Virus record (IMG/VR): IMGVR_UViG_3300042549_001260
Location: 1 to 57,515 of that record
Source of the DNA: a virus
Taxonomy: Duplodnaviria; Caudoviricetes
DNA length: 57,515 nt
Reading direction: 5' to 3' (one strand)
The notes beneath the pieces are model-generated. The model saw only the letters and a program-made list of their open reading frames with translations. It was not told the origin of the DNA and searched no databases. A program made the position numbers and the translations under genes. The first letter of the stretch is position 1. Every line of letters starts with the position of its first letter. Of the stretch, positions 18,878 through 27,684 are shown piece after piece.

Positions 18878-19952
18878 CCTTGTAACCCTTTCTGACGTTC
18901 TGTGCTGTCTTAGCACCCTCGTATGTGTGCCTCATGTACGGGTTGAGGCTGGCGATGTTCTTGTGTCCTGTTACCTGCATGATGCCTGTGCTGTCAACTC
19001 CTGCTGCTACAAACTCTGTGATGGCAGTCTTTCTCAGGTGTCCAATCTTCAACTCTTCTGGCAAGCCACATGCCTGCTTTATCTGGCGAAGTATAGGCCC
19101 AAACGATTCAGGTTTCAAGGGGACATAGGCATTATCGCTGGCCCTGTGGTGTGGCACCACGTACTTCTGGAAGCCCCAATCATCCTTCTGTTCCTTGAGC
19201 ATGGTCAGCAGGGGTTCCTCAATGGGCATCTCCACCTCTGCACCCCTCTTGGATTGTGTAACCTTCATCCTTGCATTTTCGAGATCAAGATTGTGCCAAT
19301 TGAGGTGGCATATGTCTGTAGGTCTTTGCGCCCACTCATAACACATCATCACCAGCAGACCTACGTTTCTCCACTCGAACTTGGTGAAGGCAGTATCAAG
19401 AAATACTTCAACCTGATCCCTCGTCCAGATCGGTGTCTTGGGTTCGTGCCTCAGCTTCTTCACCTTGGACATAGGGTTGTCGTTGATAAGATCGAGAGAT
19501 CGGGCGAAGTTGAGTACGATGGAGAGTATCCTTGCCCTCTCATTGGCCCTTGCAACTGAGTGTGCTTGAACCCAACCCTCGTAGGCTTCCTTGCATATCT
19601 TCGCAGTCAATTTGTTAATTGGGATTAGGCCAAGGTCTGAACGAGAAACACTCTTTAAGTCTGCCTCGTACTTGATCTGAGACCTGTTAGCGAGAGAGGC
19701 AAACTGCTTGGACGACAGGTAGTAGTTGATGACATGGATGATCTTGGAGCTTGGTCCTACGTTCCCTTCCTTGATCTCTCCCCTTCGGTAAGCATCAACC
19801 TTTTCTATCAAACGGGGGACTTCGTAGCGTGCAGCCCTACCGTCCTTGAAGGTCTGAGACTTAACAACACCAGCCTTAGAAACCTCTGTCGGGGGGACGA
19901 ACCTGTGAACGACAGTCCCATCTGTTAGCTTAACCTTCTTGGTATATTTCAT
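18867..19952 (-). CDS. Tyrosine recombinase/integrase
   Basis: Catalytic set R(AQRP)-K(QSKR)-HxxR(GHLRK)-H(TGH)-Y(NPY); start re-called at MKYTKK behind a GAGG RBS. Confidence 0.9.
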   Translation of the reverse strand: MKYTKKVKLTDGTVVHRFVPPTEVSKAGVVKSQTFKDGRAARYEVPRLIEKVDAYRRGEIKEGNVGPSSKIIHVINYYLSSKQFASLANRSQIKYEADLKSVSRSDLGLIPINKLTAKICKEAYEGWVQAHSVARANERARILSIVLNFARSLDLINDNPMSKVKKLRHEPKTPIWTRDQVEVFLDTAFTKFEWRNVGLLVMMCYEWAQRPTDICHLNWHNLDLENARMKVTQSKRGAEVEMPIEEPLLTMLKEQKDDWGFQKYVVPHHRASDNAYVPLKPESFGPILRQIKQACGLPEELKIGHLRKTAITEFVAAGVDSTGIMQVTGHKNIASLNPYMRHTYEGAKTAQNVRKGYKDGA

Positions 19953-19990
19953 GTCGTCCTCTAGCCCAAAGAAAATAGTTGAAGGTAGCA

Positions 19991-20090
19991 CTTGCCATGA
20001 AGAAAGACCTGTGCTACCCTCTATCTCTTTATGTATACCTTAAGGTACTTTTACTTCTTAAAGAAGTAATAATACTTAAAGGTATTCTTT
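19991..20090 (+). promoter_or_regulatory. Antisense sigma70-like promoter followed by an AT-rich triple-palindrome tract (candidate origin or att region)
   Basis: TTGCCA-N17-TACCCT, then TACCTTAAGGTA (20036-47), TTACTTCT-taa-AGAAGTAA, AATACTT-aa-AGGTATT. Confidence 0.5.
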
Positions 20091-20291
20091 ATGGTTCTCT
20101 TCAAGGATGTACGTAGAGAGAACTTTATCTAGGTCCAGAATCTTCCCTGTAGCATCTTGAACTGAGTCATGGATGATGATACGATTCCCTTTCTGTCCCA
20201 AAGACCTGCCGTAAGCCACTGCATCAGCCAACCCCTCTTGGAGAGAACTTGCAATGACCCTTCCGTTGTCGCTCACCCTCACGTGGTACAT
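20076..20291 (-). CDS. Hypothetical protein
   Basis: ORF track; follows rIIB. Confidence 0.55.
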   Translation of the reverse strand: MYHVRVSDNGRVIASSLQEGLADAVAYGRSLGQKGNRIIIHDSVQDATGKILDLDKVLSTYILEENHKEYL

Positions 20292-20358
20292 GTTCTATAC
20301 CACGATGCTGTACACGAACAACGAGGCAACAGCGATAGCTAAGATGGTGTGCAACATC

Positions 20359-21138
20359 TTAAACCCAATCATCCAGTTCTTCTCTTACATCAAAGTCGTA
20401 CACCTGCTCAGAAAGAATGTCAAGGATTTCCTTGGGTTCAATCTCCGCAAGAACCTTGTACTCGCACACTCGCATCTTCGAGAAGTTGTAGTCGTAGGGG
20501 ACAGCAACCACGTTGGCAGGGTTAACCTCAACCACCAGAGTGCGGTTGTCTGGGCCAGTGGCGTAGCCCTTGAGGTACTCATCAGCACAGACATGCAGGC
20601 CAGACGAACAGGTGCGCCGGGGATCATCATCAACCTTGCTGCGATCCATATTCACAGTGGTGCCAAGGCTGTTGTCCATTTTGCCAGTGTGCAGGTCTTT
20701 CCAGTTGGAACCAACACGCTTGAAGGCGATGAAGTTACCCTCTGGGGTGATCGGGGCGCTGAACTTGTCGAGGAACCCATAGAGGCAGTTGCGAGAGCGG
20801 TACGAAGGGTTGTCCATCAGCTTCTCAAGGAACTTGATCCAAGGGGTAGCATCGAAGCCATCGTCCAGCAGGTTCAGCAGCTTGTTGGTCAGAGCGTTGT
20901 GAAGCTCTTCGCCCTTGTAGTAGACCGTGCCGTTGATAACCTCAACAGAGGTGCCAGCAGACTGACGGATAGTCTCTTCACGATCAGACAGGGCGAGGAT
21001 GGTGGCAGCGTCATGCTTAGGTCCACGAAGGTGCTCACGCAGCTTCTCAAAGCTCTTGTTGCCAGAGAGGACGGTACGCATCTTGCCGCTAACAAATACG
21101 GTGATGCTTTCGTTAGAGAGGGTGTAGGATACACGCAT
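20359..21138 (-). CDS. rIIB: rIIB-like protein
   Basis: NPS....LY.FL, ITPEG.F.A.K.V, CSSGLHV, VVAVP.DY..K.RVC.Y. Confidence 0.92.
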   Translation of the reverse strand: MRVSYTLSNESITVFVSGKMRTVLSGNKSFEKLREHLRGPKHDAATILALSDREETIRQSAGTSVEVINGTVYYKGEELHNALTNKLLNLLDDGFDATPWIKFLEKLMDNPSYRSRNCLYGFLDKFSAPITPEGNFIAFKRVGSNWKDLHTGKMDNSLGTTVNMDRSKVDDDPRRTCSSGLHVCADEYLKGYATGPDNRTLVVEVNPANVVAVPYDYNFSKMRVCEYKVLAEIEPKEILDILSEQVYDFDVREELDDWV

Positions 21139-21142
21139 GGGG

Positions 21143-23083
21143 TTACTCCTTTGCTGCGTTGTCGATCAGTTGGATGTATTGCAGGAAGTTCTCGGTATTG
21201 TCACCCCTGCATAGGGTAAGCAGTGGATACTTGTCAAGGATTTTCTTATACTTGGCCTCAGAACCTTTGCTGGAGAAGGCAGGCAAATTGTAGTGGTTCA
21301 GTAAGTCCCCCCATTGGGTAGAGCCAAGATCAAGGTATTGCTTTGGCTTAGGTTCCTTAATCTTCTTTGAGAACTCTCCGACAATGCCGCCTGCTTCCTC
21401 AAGATTTCTGAGGTGGTTGAAGGGGTAAGCGTCGTAAACATTCCCAAAGATTTCATTTACGTTTTTTACCTCCCCCTTCACAAGATGTTCCAAAGCAACT
21501 TCTGCATCAAGCCAGTTTGCCTGTCCCTCAAACTTACTCCAGAGGGTCTTAGGCACCAACACTAGCTCCTTCCCAAACTTGCTTAAGAAGACTGCATATG
21601 CCCTGCGTATCTGGTGCGGCACTTCGTTGTTCGACATCTTACAGTAGTAGCCACCCCCACTAAACTCTGTGGCATCCATATCATGTTTGACTAGGTGTCC
21701 ACTTCTCAGGTGGGACAACATAACTTTACTGCGAGTGCCAGACTGTTTGGAGCCATCATCCGGCAAGTCCTTCACGTACAGCACAGGGAAGTCAAGCTCT
21801 GCAATCAGAGTATCAACCTCAGCCTTCTGTTCTTTGTCTGTCAGATCAGCCTTGACCCAGATGTAGTACTTGTAGCTGCCTATAGCACTGCAGATACGGG
21901 TTGCAGCACGAGCACAGCCATTCTTGTCAGAAATGTCCTGAATGAAGATGGTGTGGTCCTCAGTCACACTCAGGTCTTTATCTATGCCAAACCCCACATT
22001 CTTCTGACGGTAGCCCTTGTAACCACAGTGCAGAGAAACCTTCTGGTACTTCGCAAGGTTCCACACCTTCGGGATTTGCAGACCCTTCCACTTGAACTCG
22101 CCACTACGGATGAACTTACGTAGTTTGGGTGCCAGCTTTGCTGCAAGGAACATCTTGGGCTGTGCTTCAACCTCAGCCTGTAGTGCATCAAACAGTTGCT
22201 GTTCAACTGCCTCAGTCTTGGCCCTGATGCTGGCAGCAGTAGGATCATTGGGACCGAAGGAGAGGGCTTCACGTGATGCAGTGACCTCCAGATCACCAAT
22301 GTCAAACTTGTAGACGATGCAGCGATTGGGCCACGAGCTTTTTGGAAGGTACTCAAAAGGAATGGGGTAGAGAACACAGCCCATCTGAGCAAAGGGACCA
22401 AGCAGAGTTTCGTGTTCGTACAGGCAGTAGTCCTTGCCCTCGTACAACTTCTTGAGGGGGCTGAAAGACTTCTCCTTGGAGTTGGTTACAACAGGGGGAA
22501 CATCGAAGCCGACAGAGATAACATTGGCTGCGTTCTGGAACTGTTGAATGTCCTGACGCTTCACAGGGAAGGATACCTCAAGGCCATCTGGGTCGGTGGT
22601 GGGCTGAGGCTCAGCGAGGACATGGAGTTGTGGCGATCCGTCAGGACCGAGTTGAACCGCATAGTAGCTGACCATGCCCTTGTGACGGGAAACGACAGAG
22701 AAAGTATCTGTGTAAGACATGGGCGACATACGACCTACGCCCCACTTGCCTACAGCCTTGTTGGTATCCTCCTTGGTGGAGTGACCCAGCACAGTGTAGA
22801 ATCCCTCCATGTCCTCATGTGCAATCCCCGGCCCGAAGTCACGGCAGGTGAAGGTGGGTGTAATGGAAGTGGGGAAAGTCACCTCGAAAGGGACAGCCTC
22901 CTTGCCCACCATAGCGTGTGCATCAAAAGCGTTGGACCAGATTTCACGTGTGATGGACTTAGGCTTGTCTGAGTAGAGGCCAGAGATCACCATGTGGAAC
23001 ATCTTGCCTGATGCTTGGATGGTGAAGTCTTTGGTCGTCTGGCTGTTGGTCTCTACGACACGCAGTGTGCTATTGCTCTTCAT
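21143..23083 (-). CDS. rIIA: rIIA-like protein (N-terminal GHKL ATPase)
   Basis: LYSDK...REIWSNAFDAH, RDFGPGI, STK, GKWGVG, SREALS; adjacent to rIIB. Confidence 0.92.
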   Translation of the reverse strand: MKSNSTLRVVETNSQTTKDFTIQASGKMFHMVISGLYSDKPKSITREIWSNAFDAHAMVGKEAVPFEVTFPTSITPTFTCRDFGPGIAHEDMEGFYTVLGHSTKEDTNKAVGKWGVGRMSPMSYTDTFSVVSRHKGMVSYYAVQLGPDGSPQLHVLAEPQPTTDPDGLEVSFPVKRQDIQQFQNAANVISVGFDVPPVVTNSKEKSFSPLKKLYEGKDYCLYEHETLLGPFAQMGCVLYPIPFEYLPKSSWPNRCIVYKFDIGDLEVTASREALSFGPNDPTAASIRAKTEAVEQQLFDALQAEVEAQPKMFLAAKLAPKLRKFIRSGEFKWKGLQIPKVWNLAKYQKVSLHCGYKGYRQKNVGFGIDKDLSVTEDHTIFIQDISDKNGCARAATRICSAIGSYKYYIWVKADLTDKEQKAEVDTLIAELDFPVLYVKDLPDDGSKQSGTRSKVMLSHLRSGHLVKHDMDATEFSGGGYYCKMSNNEVPHQIRRAYAVFLSKFGKELVLVPKTLWSKFEGQANWLDAEVALEHLVKGEVKNVNEIFGNVYDAYPFNHLRNLEEAGGIVGEFSKKIKEPKPKQYLDLGSTQWGDLLNHYNLPAFSSKGSEAKYKKILDKYPLLTLCRGDNTENFLQYIQLIDNAAKE

Positions 23084-23183
23084 AGTTGACTATCTCCCAT
23101 AGTCTGATGGTTCTTAAAGAATTGGCCTGCCCGTCAGGTTAGATATTGACATTCTATCCTGCATAGGTATGACTTTGTAGATT

Positions 23184-23258
23184 TGGTGGTCCTACTTGGA
23201 TTCGAACCAAGATCAGCCGTTTAGAAGACGGATATGTTATCCCTTACACCATAGGACC
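23184..23258 (-). tRNA. tRNA-Arg(UCU)
   Basis: Acceptor GGTCCTA/TAGGACC with encoded CCA, T arm CTTGG-TTCGAAT-CCAAG, anticodon loop CT-TCT-AA. Confidence 0.9.
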
Positions 23259-23262
23259 GAAG

Positions 23263-23360
23263 ATGCCGTATAAAGATAGGCAAGACCTATACAAGAATCA
23301 AGTAAAAAGGTGGATCAAGATCAAAGAGAAAGCGATAATCTACAAGGGTGGCTGTAGTAA
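23263..23360 (+). pseudogene. Truncated N-terminus of an HNH homing endonuclease
   Basis: MPYKD...KRWIKIKEKAIIYKGGC resembles HNH endonuclease N-termini, breaks off after the first Cys, and is antisense to its neighbours. Confidence 0.55.
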
Positions 23361-23595
23361 GGAAAGCGAAGTGATGGCGACATTGCCTAGCATCTTTGTT
23401 ATGCCCCACCAGAGCCTCCACATCCTCCTTGTGGAAGGTGATGTAATAGTGGTGGTCCTTCCCGATCCCAAGCAGAACCTCATACTCGTGCATGGTGCGG
23501 CTGGTTGGTGCTTCTACGATCCCGTTGCGCCGGATCAACTCTCGCAGCAAGTCCTCGTCGGTCAGCAGGCCATACGGCACTCGGTTTTTGGTCAT
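23287..23595 (-). CDS. Chimeric hypothetical protein
   Basis: N-terminus nearly identical to that of the 24595-25059 protein. Confidence 0.55.
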   Translation of the reverse strand: MTKNRVPYGLLTDEDLLRELIRRNGIVEAPTSRTMHEYEVLLGIGKDHHYYITFHKEDVEALVGHNKDARQCRHHFAFLTTATLVDYRFLFDLDPPFYLILV

Positions 23596-24218
23596 GTCTG
23601 TTCTCCCTCAATCTCGGCAATGATGGCGTAGGCATCACGCCAAGCATCTGCAAATTCTACTTGCGGGTGGTCGCGCTCTACAAGGCAAGCGGTGTCTACT
23701 TTGGACATAAACCCCCGCAGCCCCTCCACCGCCTTACCAAGTCGTGCTTCGCACTCTGCCAGCTTGGCTTCCAGAAGGGCGTTCCGCTCTAAGCACTCTG
23801 ACAGCACATCCACCGCCCTCGACAGTTTGGCTTCAACATCCAGTGTGAGATTGATCTGCTCCATTGTAGCGTTGGCGTTGTCGCGGGCTACCTTCTCCAG
23901 CGTCTCAACGGTCTGCGCGTTGGCATAACCCGGAGCATCCTCACCGCCGCAGATGGCAAGGGCCAGACGCTCCCGCTCCTTCTCCAACTCCTCCGCATAA
24001 GCCTCTGCCTCTTTGGCGTCAGCACGGGCGGCTTCATTAATCGCAACAAGTTGCTCGAGTTGCTCTGCAAGCCGATCAGAAACAGACGACTGCTCTTTGA
24101 GGGCTTGTTCAAGTTTCTCGATGCGGTCGGCGGCTTCTTCGCAGGTGTCATCAATGTTATGCCAGCCACCCTGATCCTTGGCATAGCTTCGCAGCCGCTT
24201 CACCAGATCGTCACTCAT
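23592..24218 (-). CDS. Coiled-coil hypothetical protein (MSDDLVKRLR, Ead/Ea22-like)
   Basis: DLVKRLR...EAADRIE.LE and heptad repeats. Confidence 0.7.
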   Translation of the reverse strand: MSDDLVKRLRSYAKDQGGWHNIDDTCEEAADRIEKLEQALKEQSSVSDRLAEQLEQLVAINEAARADAKEAEAYAEELEKERERLALAICGGEDAPGYANAQTVETLEKVARDNANATMEQINLTLDVEAKLSRAVDVLSECLERNALLEAKLAECEARLGKAVEGLRGFMSKVDTACLVERDHPQVEFADAWRDAYAIIAEIEGEQT

Positions 24219-24614
24219 GGCTGTTCTCCCTCAATCTCGGCGATGATGGCGCGGGCTGTTGAGCAACCGCGCGGCCAGCTCCATCAGCCACAGCGCCTCC
24301 ATCGCCTTCGCCAGCTTGGCTGTCAGGTTCCGCACCAATGGCAAATGCTTCATGCAGACATCGGTCGGACTGTCATAGCCGCAGGCACAAGGCACATCCG
24401 CAAGGAGGTCCGAGACCTGCTGTTCAAGGGCTTCGATCTGGTCGGCCTGCGATGACGCTAGATGCACAAGGTTTCGTACATCATAAAACGTCCCATCAAT
24501 GACGCATCCAGCATTGGGCGGGATGTTTTGGCGGGCGATGACTTCGGGGTCCGTGTAGTCAATCGAAACGCGCGCCTGTTTCACCAGTTCTTCGTCAGTC
24601 ATTTCGGCCTCCAT
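24215..24614 (-). pseudogene. Related modular gene with a frameshift near the 3' end
   Basis: ORF stops at 24231, but the alternative frame gives ARAIIAEIEGEQP-stop with an ATGA overlap, matching the neighbour's AIIAEIEGEQT. Confidence 0.55.
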
Positions 24615-25059
24615 CTCTTACCTGCGGACGACGCTGCTTGCTCTCAGTCCAATCACACGTCCCGATCTCAAGCACGATGCCGGGGAAGTCGTCGATGCGG
24701 CGGTAGCATCCATTGTCTGTCAGCCACTCGTCGTTTTTCCCTTGAAGATATGGATCGTTGTTGTCATAGGCGTGAATTTCTTCACTCTCGTCCCGCGCCA
24801 CCCACTCAACCCAATCAGGCAGTCGATCCCATGCGATCACGTCTTGGGTCTTGGGTAGGGGGACAGTGCGGTAGGTGCCGGAAGGAATCGGCGATGCCGG
24901 GGCGCGCGAAGGGGCGGCGATCCTGCTGTCGAGCCAGAAATCACCCGTCAAGGTATACAGAAACCTCCCACCCGCCTTCTCATGCTCATGCAGCACAGCC
25001 TTTTCCTCGTCGGTCAGCAGGCCATACGGCACTCGGTTGTTGGTCATGTCTATGGTCAT
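24595..25059 (-). CDS. Hypothetical protein
   Basis: IAWDRLPDWVEWVARD...W..S..RRP; GC-richer than its flanks by eye. Confidence 0.7.
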   Translation of the reverse strand: MTIDMTNNRVPYGLLTDEEKAVLHEHEKAGGRFLYTLTGDFWLDSRIAAPSRAPASPIPSGTYRTVPLPKTQDVIAWDRLPDWVEWVARDESEEIHAYDNNDPYLQGKNDEWLTDNGCYRRIDDFPGIVLEIGTCDWTESKQRRPQVRDGGRND

Positions 25060-25094
25060 TTGTCAGTCTCCATCATCCGCATAGTAGCTGTTTG

Positions 25095-25301
25095 CTAGTT
25101 TTCTAAGGATATACACAGGTCAAGATCGAAGTCATCCAGATCATAGAAACCTGTGTTGATTAACCTGCCACCGGGTGTAGACATGTAGATAGGTGCTGTA
25201 TCCCCGTAGGTAGGATGTTCCCAGAGTTTGTAACCCTCAATCTCCATGAACAGGTAAGGATCACGTGCTAAGAACCGATCCAGATTAGTTACTTCATTCA
25301 T
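25095..25301 (-). CDS. Hypothetical early protein (start MNEVT)
   Basis: WEHPTYGDTAP motif. Confidence 0.55.
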   Translation of the reverse strand: MNEVTNLDRFLARDPYLFMEIEGYKLWEHPTYGDTAPIYMSTPGGRLINTGFYDLDDFDLDLCISLEN

Positions 25302-25447
25302 CCCACACCCCCAGAATTTCCATTGTCTCCATGTATGCCACCTCTTCCAAGGCTTTGAAGTTACCATAGGCATCAGGCATCATCCAGCTTGCGCCCTGCA
25401 TCACGATCCACATGATGATTGCGAAGTCTCTTGCATTAGCCATGTTC

Positions 25448-25699
25448 TCAACCCTCCATGGCTTCGTGAATGTCCCTCAGGATGTCAATCAATTCCCTGA
25501 CACCTTCTCTGCTAAGACTACAGGTATTTCGATTTCCGTAATAAGTGCCAATGACCAGATTAATGCGGCCTTCATCCGGCAAGACCGACATAACAATGTA
25601 TTCCGGCCCATCCCCGTTGAGAACTTCGTTGATAACCTTCTTAGTGGTGACGAACTGATTAGACATGATTTTTTTCCTTTCTTTAAGAGTTTTGCTCAC
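25448..25699 (-). CDS. Hypothetical early protein
   Basis: ORF tiles the early operon. Confidence 0.55.
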   Translation of the reverse strand: MSKTLKERKKIMSNQFVTTKKVINEVLNGDGPEYIVMSVLPDEGRINLVIGTYYGNRNTCSLSREGVRELIDILRDIHEAMEG

Positions 25700-25710
25700 T
25701 ACGTTGCGCC

Positions 25711-26061
25711 TTAATCCAAATGTGAGCCAGCGTAGGCATCAAAGCCATGATCCCGCAACACACTGGCCGCTGCCACTGCACCTGCATACTTAGAGTCTAC
25801 GTTCTGCACCCCAAGCTCAGACGGATTCCAATACTGAAACTCCTTGCCCGTCCAATCGGGACTGAACCCCATCTCCCTAAGGATAACACGTTCAGCCTTC
25901 CCTTCCTTTGTGTTACCCTTGTGCTTAGGCTTGATGTTGACCCAAGCAAAGCCACAAGCCCCTGCATCCTTTCCGTCGTACCATTCATACAGGCGGGCTG
26001 TCGCCTCCTTCTTGGCTGCATCTAATGCCTTAACCATTACGTGTAGGTGCATCTTTTCCAT
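25711..26061 (-). CDS. Conserved phage hypothetical protein (CGFAWV family)
   Basis: CGFAWV...Q....K.AGA.AAA.VL...G..AY..S.LD pattern. Confidence 0.75.
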   Translation of the reverse strand: MEKMHLHVMVKALDAAKKEATARLYEWYDGKDAGACGFAWVNIKPKHKGNTKEGKAERVILREMGFSPDWTGKEFQYWNPSELGVQNVDSKYAGAVAAASVLRDHGFDAYAGSHLD

Positions 26062-26113
26062 TGCCTTATCCTTTCCTATTGCCCTATCGGGCTATGCTCG
26101 CTGCGCTGCGCGT

Positions 26114-26281
26114 TCAGTCACAGCTTGAATAACGTGACATGCTACAGGTCCACGATCCATAGGTTTCTGAGAACCATACGGCATACGTAGCGCCATACCC
26201 ATAGCCCCAGCCATCTACAAAGTCTGCACCACGCTTGTGCGCCTCTAACTCAGTGGCAAAGTGTTCTGTATTGCGGATCAT
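26114..26281 (-). CDS. 55-aa early protein, copy A (absent from the ORF track)
   Basis: MIRNTEHFATELEAHKRGADFVDGWGYGYGATYAVWFSETYGSWTCSMSRYSSCD, with AGGAG RBS. Confidence 0.8.
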   Translation of the reverse strand: MIRNTEHFATELEAHKRGADFVDGWGYGYGATYAVWFSETYGSWTCSMSRYSSCD

Positions 26282-26429
26282 CGTCTTTCTCCTTATATTG
26301 CGAAGTAGTCACTGATATAGGCAAGGCACACACTGTATTCCTTGTTGTCGTATGACTTGCAGGCCATCGTCAGTGCCTCATTGCGCTTGGTCCTTGCTCA
26401 TAAGATACCCTCCTTAACACCAATAGTTT

Positions 26430-26633
26430 CTATACAGCCATTTCAACGTAGCATTTCTTGGTCTTCGGGGCCGCCAGTTTCAGCACTACCGTGAAGTGTT
26501 CGGTAAACTTTCCACGATACGGCATCACCTCAAATATCTTGGCTTTATGTTGCCCACCGGGTCTTTTATCGTAAGTTTCCCACCAAACAGGGTATTCGTC
26601 ACCCACATTGAACGTCAGTTCTTCATTAATCAT
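26430..26633 (-). CDS. Hypothetical early protein (start MINEE)
   Basis: RBS; lies between the duplicated genes. Confidence 0.65.
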   Translation of the reverse strand: MINEELTFNVGDEYPVWWETYDKRPGGQHKAKIFEVMPYRGKFTEHFTVVLKLAAPKTKKCYVEMAV

Positions 26634-26649
26634 TTTGTATTCCCTTCTT

Positions 26650-26817
26650 TCAGTCACAGCTTGAATAACGTGACATGCTACAGGTCCACTTACCGTAGGT
26701 TTCTGAATACCACACAGAGTAGGTTGCCCCATACCCGTAGCCCCAGCCATCTACAAAGTCTGCGCCTCGCTTGTGCGCCTCTAACTCAGTGGCAAAGTGT
26801 TCAGTTGTGCGGATCAT
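26650..26817 (-). CDS. 55-aa early protein, copy B
   Basis: MIRTTEHFATELEAHKRGADFVDGWGYGYGATYSVWYSETYGKWTCSMSRYSSCD. Confidence 0.8.
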   Translation of the reverse strand: MIRTTEHFATELEAHKRGADFVDGWGYGYGATYSVWYSETYGKWTCSMSRYSSCD

Positions 26818-26829
26818 CGTCTTTCCCCC

Positions 26830-27048
26830 TTATCCAGCAAAGTGTTGGAGTTTCCGCATAGTAGTCTGGCGCTCAGTGTAGAGGCTCAGCTTGCCCATGT
26901 GAACGGCGGTCATGCAATCATCCTGCACGATACGATAGCCGTTATGCTTACGCTTACGGAGACGCACCAGACCCTTCTTGCCCAGCACGTTGAAGCGGAA
27001 ACCTTTTGTCCCATCATTCAGGGATTTGGTTGCGAAGATGATAAACAT
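26830..27048 (-). CDS. Basic hypothetical early protein
   Basis: ORF with AAGGA RBS. Confidence 0.7.
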   Translation of the reverse strand: MFIIFATKSLNDGTKGFRFNVLGKKGLVRLRKRKHNGYRIVQDDCMTAVHMGKLSLYTERQTTMRKLQHFAG

Positions 27049-27093
27049 GTCTTGTCCTTTCTCAGTTTACAGACAAAGCCGGATTAATCTTGT

Positions 27094-27684
27094 TCAGATG
27101 TTGTGTATACGCTTCCAGACCACCCATGTGACAGCCTGCAACTCATACACCCTGATGCCCACACGCTTAGCAGCACGATAGTATGCCGCCTGCATGTCTT
27201 TGTAGACAGCCTTACCCATGGTGGTTTCTACATCTGTCAGGGTCACACGCTTGCCCCTAGCGATGTTGTAAGCGTGGCCATCAATGGTGCAATTGTCATG
27301 GCCCATGATGTTATTAAAGAATGACACAATCTTTTGACCATTCAAGATTTCAAGAACACCCGCCTCACCCTCAGGGATTTGTTCAAGGATAGACCATGCC
27401 TTGTCACGCATCTTTGTATAGGTGCAGGGCTTGCACACATCGACAGGATCGCCCCTCAGAAAGATTGCAATCATGTTGCTCGCATCCTTGATATTTCTTT
27501 CCCACCTATTATTAGGGGAGAGAGCGGCGACCACACCAACCACAATATGCAGTGGCACATCATGCAAGTTAGCAATGGCCTGTGCATCTGTCTTGGCCTT
27601 AGCATACCACACACCGCCCTGAGCCTGTTCCTGTGGTGTCGCCATACGATACACCCTGAGGATGTTTCTCACTTCAGCAGACAT
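27094..27684 (-). CDS. Conserved phage early protein, possibly HhH DNA-glycosylase-like fold
   Basis: WY, AALSP...W..N, GQKI.SF..NI, TIDGH, QA.TW motifs; the fold is my inference. Confidence 0.6.
   Translation of the reverse strand: MSAEVRNILRVYRMATPQEQAQGGVWYAKAKTDAQAIANLHDVPLHIVVGVVAALSPNNRWERNIKDASNMIAIFLRGDPVDVCKPCTYTKMRDKAWSILEQIPEGEAGVLEILNGQKIVSFFNNIMGHDNCTIDGHAYNIARGKRVTLTDVETTMGKAVYKDMQAAYYRAAKRVGIRVYELQAVTWVVWKRIHNI

Noticed and set aside
23184-23258. Amber suppressor reading (CTA) of the tRNA, and stop-codon recoding
   Set aside because: The CCGT/ACGG stem frames the loop as CT-TCT-AA (Arg); genes are intact in the standard code and TAG is used as a stop
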